Assembly (NCBI GenBank): GCA_036274615.1 | Contig: DASUFK010000078.1 | Coordinates: forward strand, 1 to 58,030 | Source: Gammaproteobacteria bacterium | Lineage (GTDB): Bacteria; Pseudomonadota; Gammaproteobacteria; Steroidobacterales; Rariloculaceae | Reading direction: 5' to 3' | DNA length: 58,030 nt | Part shown: positions 52,804-58,030 of the stretch, piece by piece | Position numbering within the stretch: the stretch's first letter is position 1 | How the letters are laid out: every line of letters starts with the position of its first letter | Made by a program: the position numbers and the translations under genes | The notes under the pieces: generated by a model | What the model was told of the DNA's origin: nothing | Seen by the model: the letters and a program-made list of their open reading frames with translations, nothing else | Databases searched by the model: none

Positions 52804-54375
52804 TCAGCCCGTGCCGGTCCGTTGCAGCGCGATCGCCGCCGGCACATCCGCAACGAGCGCCGCGAGACCGGGATCGCCGCGCGCCCCCGCGAGCGCGCGG
52901 AGCTGAGCCCGCTGCTCTTCGTTGAAGAGCGAGTCGCGTACGACGCCGAACTGCGCGGCCGCGGCGGCGATCCGCGCCGCGGCATCCGGCAACGCGTCGG
53001 GACCGGTCAAGCGAAACGACACGGGCGTCAACGGCCCGAACAGCAGCGCACGCGCGAGCGCAGGCTGCGTCCGGACGTCCGGCTCCACGCCCGCGAGCCG
53101 CGCAAGCTGCACCGCGAGCGCGTGCATCGGCAAGCCTGCCGGTCCATCGAGCATCGGCCGCTGCGCCTCGATGCCGGCGGCGAGCTCCGCGCGAGCCGGC
53201 AACGGGCGCGCCCCGCTCCACGCGTACGCGAGCCAGCGCGCCTGCAGCTCGATCACCGGGAAGAACGGGCCCACGATGTCGAACTGACCGAGGAACGCGA
53301 GCCCGGGATGCTCGGGGTGGAATGTCTGAGCGAACAGCTCGAGCCCGTTGCGTCCGGCGCGCACCGTACGCCGCACGCGCTCGCTCAAGAACGGCAGACG
53401 CGCCTCGAAGCCCGTGCCGAAGATCAGCGCGTCGGCCTCCACGCTCGTGCCGTCGCGAAACACCACCGTGCGCCCCTCGACCTTCGAGATCCACGGCTTC
53501 GCGACGATCCTGCCCTCCGCGACGAGCGGCAAGAAGTGCTGCGATAGCGTGATGCCGGCCTCGAGCACGCTCTCGGCGGGCGCGAGCGCGCCGAGCCCGT
53601 CCGGGCGGCCGCTCGCACGCAGCACCATGTCCTTGAGCGCTTGCGCGCTCGCCGCCGGAGGAAAGCTCTCGCCCGCGAGCGCCGCGAAGCGCGTGAACGC
53701 CACCAGCTCCGCGGGCACGCCGCCGATGAGCTTGCTGAACACGTAGCGCTGCCGCCGCTGGCTCGACACCACCGAAGCCGCGTGATGCGCGAGCTCGCTC
53801 GCGATCTCGAGCGCGCTGATGTTGCCGCCGGCTACAACCACGTTCATGCCGCGGTAGCGCTCCGGCCCGCGATAGCCGAAGGCGTGCGACACGCCGCCCT
53901 CGCCCGCGAACGTCTCGAGGCCCGGCACGGACGGCGTCTTGGGCTTGGCGTAACGGCCGGTGGCGATCACGACGCGCTCGAACCTCCGGCTGCTCACCGT
54001 GCCGTCCGCCGCCAGCGCATCGACGCGCCAGCCTCCGGCGTCGCCGCCGTCGATCTCGACGACGCGCGTGTCGAGCTCGATGCGCTGTGTGAGACCGTGC
54101 TCGCGCGCGTAGCGGTGCAGGTAAGCGTGCATGTCGCGGTTGTGCGGGTACACGGCCACGCCTTCGGCGTGCGGCAGGTCGCTGAAGCAGGTCACCACCC
54201 GGCTCGTGTTGGTGCGCATGGCCGGCCACACGCCGCTGTGCGCGGCGCCGGCCTGCCACTGCCCGCCCAGGTCGCCGCTCTGCTCGAGAAGCACCGGGTC
54301 GAAGCCGTGCTGCCGCAAGTACCTGGCCGCCACGAGCCCGGCCGGGCCGGCGCCGACGATCGCTACGCTTTTCAT
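52804..54375 (-). CDS. flavin-containing monooxygenase (FAD/NAD(P)-binding)
   Basis: 'VAIVGAGPAGL' FAD motif, 'GGQW', a second dinucleotide motif 'VVVAGGNISALE', and 'FGTGF'. Confidence 0.85.
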   Translation of the reverse strand: MKSVAIVGAGPAGLVAARYLRQHGFDPVLLEQSGDLGGQWQAGAAHSGVWPAMRTNTSRVVTCFSDLPHAEGVAVYPHNRDMHAYLHRYAREHGLTQRIELDTRVVEIDGGDAGGWRVDALAADGTVSSRRFERVVIATGRYAKPKTPSVPGLETFAGEGGVSHAFGYRGPERYRGMNVVVAGGNISALEIASELAHHAASVVSSQRRQRYVFSKLIGGVPAELVAFTRFAALAGESFPPAASAQALKDMVLRASGRPDGLGALAPAESVLEAGITLSQHFLPLVAEGRIVAKPWISKVEGRTVVFRDGTSVEADALIFGTGFEARLPFLSERVRRTVRAGRNGLELFAQTFHPEHPGLAFLGQFDIVGPFFPVIELQARWLAYAWSGARPLPARAELAAGIEAQRPMLDGPAGLPMHALAVQLARLAGVEPDVRTQPALARALLFGPLTPVSFRLTGPDALPDAAARIAAAAAQFGVVRDSLFNEEQRAQLRALAGARGDPGLAALVADVPAAIALQRTGTG

Positions 54376-54536
54376 GGGGTCTCCTCCCTCGTTGAGCTGT
54401 GAAGGAGCGTAGCGGCGGCCGGCGCGCGCGTTTGCTAATAAGTCGCTAGCCGAATCCTAAAATTTGGCTCACGACGGCTCATAATGACGCGCTTCGGGCC
54501 TTTGGCCTGCTCGACGGCGCCGCCAACGACGACCTC

Positions 54537-55022
54537 ATGCCTCTCGACCGCGACACGATTCGTTTCCTCGAGTGCGGGGAGCTCGCCCTGTATGCCGCGT
54601 GCGCCGGCGCGGCGTTGCGGCCGCGGGTGGCACGCGTTTACGGCTGCCGCTTCACTTCGGGAGGATCCAGGGCCGCGGTCTGGGTGACTCGGCCGGCGGC
54701 GGACCGCCTGCTCGAAGCGCTCGCGGCAACCGGCCGCATCGCAGTCGTCGGCAGCCACATCGCGACGCTCGAGACGTTTCAGCTCAAGGCCTCGGACGCG
54801 CGGGCGATCGCCGGCGGGCCGGACGACAGCGAGGCCGTGAGCGCGTACCGCGAGGCGTTCGTCCGCACCGGCATCGCCGCGGGTTATCGCGAGCCGTTGC
54901 TTCGCAGCGTGATCGATTGCGACCTGGGCTCGATCGCGCGCATCGAGCTCACGCTCGCCGCCGCGTTCATGCAAACGCCGGGGCCCGCGGCCGGAACGCC
55001 GATCGCCGAGGCGGCGCGGTGA
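54537..55022 (+). CDS. PNPOx-like (pyridoxamine 5'-phosphate oxidase family, split beta-barrel) protein
   Basis: 161 aa. The pattern 'L....G.RP.V.RV.G......G....V.V.........L...GRIAVV......ETFQLKA' fits the FMN-binding split barrel. The assignment is tentative. Confidence 0.5.
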   Translation: MPLDRDTIRFLECGELALYAACAGAALRPRVARVYGCRFTSGGSRAAVWVTRPAADRLLEALAATGRIAVVGSHIATLETFQLKASDARAIAGGPDDSEAVSAYREAFVRTGIAAGYREPLLRSVIDCDLGSIARIELTLAAAFMQTPGPAAGTPIAEAAR

Positions 55023-56377
55023 GCCTCACGCTCGACGAAATCCGCTCGTGCCTGGACGGCGTGATCCCCGGGGTCGTCGCCACCTGCGCGCCCGACGGCA
55101 CGCCGAACGTGTCGTTTCTGTCGCAGGCCGAATATGTCGACGCCGAGCACGTGGCGTTGTCGTTTCAGTTTTTCAGCAAGACGCGCGAGAACATTTTACG
55201 CAATCCGCTCGCCGCGATCTCGCTCGTCGACCCGCTCACGGGTGCGAACTACGCGATCGACCTCGAGTACCTCCGCACCGAGACGCAAGGCCCGCTGTTC
55301 GCGCGGATGAAGGCCAAGCTCGCCGGCATCGCCTCGCATCAAGGCATGACCGGCGTGTTCAGGCTGCTCGGATCCGACGTGTATCGCGTGCTGCACATCG
55401 AGGGGCAATCGGCCGGAACGATCGCGCCGCCCGAGCCGCGGCGCAACTTGCTCGCCGCGAGCCGCACCTACGCGGAGCACGTAGCCGCGTGCCAGGACTT
55501 GCACGAGCTGCTCAACACCACGCTCGGCGACATCGAGTCGCTGCTCGGCGTGCGGCACGCGATGATCCTGATGCTCGACGCGCCGGGCGAGCGGCTCTAT
55601 ACGGTGGCGAGCCGCGGCTATGTGTCGTCGGGCGCGGGTGCGGAAATTCCGCTCGGGCAAGGCGTGATCGGCATGGCCGCGGCCGAGCGTTGCGCAATCC
55701 GGATCGCGTTCACCACGGCCGAGTACAGCTACGGGCGGGCGGTGCGCGAGAGCGCCGCGCGGAGCGAGCACGCGGCGCAGCTCGAGACGGCGATTCCGTT
55801 CGCGGGTCTCGCCGATCCGCAGAGCCAGATCGCGGTTCCGATTCTCGCGCCGCAGCAGCGCCTCGTCGGCGTGCTCTATGCGGACAGCGACGAGGAACGG
55901 CGCTTCAACTACGAGGACGAGGACGCGCTCATGGTGTTCGCGTCGCAACTGGGCGGGGCGATCGCGGCGCTGCCCGCTGCGCCCCCGGAAGCGCGCACTG
56001 CAGCTTCGCGCGCACTCGCGGCCGCTCGCGTCGCCGGCGCCAAGCTCGCCGTGCGCCACTTCGCCGAGAACGACAGCGTGTTCTTCGGCGACGACTACGT
56101 GATCAAGGGCATCGCGGGCGCGATTCTCTGGGTGCTGCTCGCCGACTACGCGCAATCGGGCCGCACGGAGTTTTCCAATCGCGCGCTGCGCCTGGACCCG
56201 CGCCTGCGCTTCCCGGACGTCAACGACAACCTCGAGGCGCGGCTGATCCTGCTCGAGCGGCGCCTTGCGGACCGCAGCGCCCCCGTGCGGATCGCGAAGA
56301 CCGGGCGCGGCCGATTCTGCCTCGACGTGCGCACAGGCCTGGAGTTGCACGACGTGCCGCGCCCAGCGCGCCGCTGA
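55019..56377 (+). CDS. PNPOx-like - GAF - putative OmpR/PhoB-type winged-helix fusion protein
   Basis: GTGA overlap with the upstream gene. N-domain 'GVVATCAPDGTPNVSFLS....VALSFQFFSKTRENILRNP.AAISLVDP'. GAF 'LGVRHAMILMLD...LYTVASRGY...IPLGQGVIGMAAAE...IAVPILA..RLVGVLYADS'. C-tail 'EARLILLERRLADRSAPVRIAKTGRGRFCL'. Confidence 0.7.
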   Translation: MSLTLDEIRSCLDGVIPGVVATCAPDGTPNVSFLSQAEYVDAEHVALSFQFFSKTRENILRNPLAAISLVDPLTGANYAIDLEYLRTETQGPLFARMKAKLAGIASHQGMTGVFRLLGSDVYRVLHIEGQSAGTIAPPEPRRNLLAASRTYAEHVAACQDLHELLNTTLGDIESLLGVRHAMILMLDAPGERLYTVASRGYVSSGAGAEIPLGQGVIGMAAAERCAIRIAFTTAEYSYGRAVRESAARSEHAAQLETAIPFAGLADPQSQIAVPILAPQQRLVGVLYADSDEERRFNYEDEDALMVFASQLGGAIAALPAAPPEARTAASRALAAARVAGAKLAVRHFAENDSVFFGDDYVIKGIAGAILWVLLADYAQSGRTEFSNRALRLDPRLRFPDVNDNLEARLILLERRLADRSAPVRIAKTGRGRFCLDVRTGLELHDVPRPARR

Positions 56378-56380
56378 GCC

Positions 56381-56411
56381 GCGTCTGACACGCCTGGTGT
56401 CTGACACCAGG
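56381..56411. repeat. family B repeat copies (GCGTCTGACACG plus CCTGGTGTCTGACACCAGG)
   Basis: Starts 4 nt after the stop at 56377. The second copy is extended to a 19-nt perfect palindrome at 56393-56411. Confidence 0.8.
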
Positions 56412-56441
56412 AGGTTGCCGCTGCTCGGAAACCGCGCAAGA

Positions 56442-57248
56442 ATGGTGGCGTTCGGTTTTGCTCGAAGGGGGAGCGAAGTGCGAACACTGCTCGCGGCGGC
56501 GCTCGGCGCGCTCGCGCTCGGTAGCGCGGTGGGCGCGTACGCACAACCGGCCGGCGTAACCAGCTTCTCGGGGCTCTACCGTCCAGCCGGCCTCGAGGTC
56601 CAGCCGTGCGGCCGCAACGAATGGACGCGCCGCAACTTCGACACCGACACCTTCTGCAACGGCAGCAACGACGGCTTCCCGTTCGCGCCCGGTGCCGTCG
56701 AGCGCTGGAAGTCGTTTCCGCCGATCGACGACCCGGTGCTGCGCTGCGTCGAGGATTTTCCGCGTAACTCGATGCGCGGCCGGCCGATGAAGATCACCCT
56801 CGGCAAGGGCGTCACCGAGATCTCGTACTGGTTCGACAACCAATGGTTCGTGCGCACCGTGCACATGAACGGCAAGCCGCCGCCCGCCGACACGCCGCAC
56901 ACGGCGACGGGCTATTCCACGGGCCGCTGGTCGGGTGACACGCTGATCGTGGAGACCACGCACACCCTCGGCGGACCGATGTACAACGATCACAAGCTCA
57001 ACAGTCCGAACGCACGCTTCACCGAGCGCTACTGGCACGCGCCCGACGGCAAGGACCTGCTGATGGAGATGGCGATCGACGACCCGGAGAACTACACGAA
57101 ACCGTTCGTGCTGAACCGCCAGGAATGGATCTCCGCTCCGGACCTCGCGCTCAGCACGGACAAGTGCGAGCCGAGCTCGATCTGGCAGCGCCGCATGGAG
57201 CGCGAAGCGGAAGAGGCGAAGCGCAAGGCGCAGCAGCAGTCTCGGTAA
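56442..57248 (+). CDS. secreted hypothetical protein
   Basis: Signal peptide ..LLAAALGALALGSAVGAYA. 'GYSTGRWSGDTLIVETTH' and 'DDPENYTKPF' motifs recur in uncharacterised periplasmic proteins. Lys/Glu-rich tail. Start uncertain. Confidence 0.6.
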   Translation: MVAFGFARRGSEVRTLLAAALGALALGSAVGAYAQPAGVTSFSGLYRPAGLEVQPCGRNEWTRRNFDTDTFCNGSNDGFPFAPGAVERWKSFPPIDDPVLRCVEDFPRNSMRGRPMKITLGKGVTEISYWFDNQWFVRTVHMNGKPPPADTPHTATGYSTGRWSGDTLIVETTHTLGGPMYNDHKLNSPNARFTERYWHAPDGKDLLMEMAIDDPENYTKPFVLNRQEWISAPDLALSTDKCEPSSIWQRRMEREAEEAKRKAQQQSR

Positions 57249-57268
57249 GCAATCGAGGGAGACGCGCG

Positions 57269-57883
57269 ATGAAGACCACCACCGGCTCTACCGTCGTCCT
57301 GCTCGCGTTCGCCGGCATCGCGGCGCTCGCCGCGCGCGTCGCCACCGCCCATCACTCCGACTCGCTCTACTTCGTGGACGACCGCGCCGCGGATGGCGGT
57401 GCCGTGAAGATCGAGGGCACCATCGCCCGCGTCCGCTGGATCAATCCGCACAGCGAGTTCTTCGTGGACGTGCCGACGGCTAACGGCGAGACCGCGCAGT
57501 GGGCGATCGAAACGGACTCGATCAACCAGTTGCGCGCGATGGGCTGGACCGACAAGACGCTCGAGGTCGGCGACAAGGTCGTGGTGGTCGTCTCGAAGTC
57601 GAAGTTCGAGGACACCGAAGGCCGGCTCCGCGACATGCTCGTGCTGGGCGCCTCGACCGACGAGCCGGCCACCCTCTATCTCGAGTTCAAGGACGGCAAG
57701 CCGATCTTCGAGGGCGCGCTCGCGGCATACAAGAAGTACACGTCGTGCCCGGGCACCAAGGTGTTCGACGCCGACCGGCAGCCCGGCAAGGAAACGCTGC
57801 TCTGCGCGACGATCCCGGCGAAGGACCTGCCGGCCGCGCGCGCCGAGTTCGGCGACCGCGTGCTCCTCCTCCGCGAAAAATAG
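57269..57883 (+). CDS. DUF6152-like secreted protein
   Basis: Signal peptide ending ARVATA followed by 'HHSDS', then 'GTIARVRWINPHSEFF' and 'WAIETDSINQLRAMGW', as I recall for DUF6152. The TAG stop lies inside the family A repeat. Confidence 0.6.
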   Translation: MKTTTGSTVVLLAFAGIAALAARVATAHHSDSLYFVDDRAADGGAVKIEGTIARVRWINPHSEFFVDVPTANGETAQWAIETDSINQLRAMGWTDKTLEVGDKVVVVVSKSKFEDTEGRLRDMLVLGASTDEPATLYLEFKDGKPIFEGALAAYKKYTSCPGTKVFDADRQPGKETLLCATIPAKDLPAARAEFGDRVLLLREK

Positions 57884-57965
57884 GGACAGGTTACTTTTTC
57901 GCCCGCGCCGGACCGCCGGCTCGTCGGTTGGCGCCAGCGAAAAAGTAACCTGTCCCTATTTTTCG
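57874..57965. repeat. 92-nt hairpin element, family A (perfect 29-nt arms CGAAAAATAGGGACAGGTTACTTTTTCGC / inverse)
   Basis: Left arm 57874-57902 and right arm 57937-57965 are perfectly complementary. The loop adds a further GCGCC/GGCGC pairing. Confidence 0.9.
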
Positions 57966-58030
57966 AGGATCTCTTCGAAGAGGTCGACCGCGCGCGGGTC
58001 TTCCGACTGCGCGAGCCAGAAGAGCGCGCT
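57956..58030 (-). CDS. 3' end of an unidentified gene running off the window (..SALFWLAQSEDPRAVDLFEEILEK*)
   Basis: Open frame on the minus strand from the window edge to a TAG (complement of 57956-57958) inside the right arm of the repeat. Too short to classify. Confidence 0.35.
   Translation of the reverse strand, partial: SALFWLAQSEDPRAVDLFEEILEK

Noticed and set aside
51473-54259. 928-aa minus-strand ORF spanning the GtrA fusion and FMO genes; similar cases are 26196-28958 (+, 920 aa) and 22886-24901 (-, 671 aa)
   Set aside because: The translations have extreme Arg/Ala content and cross several well-supported genes in other frames. They are shadow ORFs.

Overview
Very GC-rich (about 70% G+C by eye) chromosomal segment from a Gram-negative, probably environmental bacterium. 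I call about 55 protein-coding genes. I found no rRNA, tRNA, CRISPR array, transposase, integrase or phage genes. High GC produces many long Arg/Ala-rich shadow ORFs in the six-frame track, which I rejected. Most content is periplasmic or outer-membrane metabolism: three PQQ-type beta-propeller dehydrogenases, a TonB-dependent receptor next to a four-gene secreted hydrolase operon, several TAT- or Sec-exported enzymes, murJ, trmO, a truncated haemoglobin, an orphan ADOP/MacB-like permease and a hybrid sensor kinase. The most system-like region is 36.4-48.1 kb. It holds a compact two-operon aryl-polyene-type (type II PKS/FAS-like) lipid biosynthesis and export cluster: KS, CLF, ACP, AMP-ligase, two complementary hotdog dehydratases, FabG, an LpxL-like acyltransferase, an O-methyltransferase, its own PPTase, and a LolA-like plus MMPL exporter. 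Its genes are chained by 1-4 nt start/stop overlaps. Other points worth a second look: (1) Two families of intergenic palindromic repeats, one of about 90-nt hairpins whose arms co-vary and carry or abut gene stop codons, and one of 16-nt GGTGTCTGACACC tandem units that decay into a gene's 3' end. (2) A translationally coupled PNPOx-like pair in which the second protein is a PNPOx-GAF fusion with an OmpR-like winged-helix tail. (3) A lower-GC small protein whose C-terminus resembles T3SS needle subunits, next to two H-box-less HATPase paralogs. (4) A GT87 gene coupled to a GtrA-2xDUF3592 fusion. (5) A DUF1552 gene lacking its usual partner. (6) A possible hidden small TM ORF in frame behind the haemoglobin stop codon. 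All family assignments come from motif recognition by eye; no searches were run.
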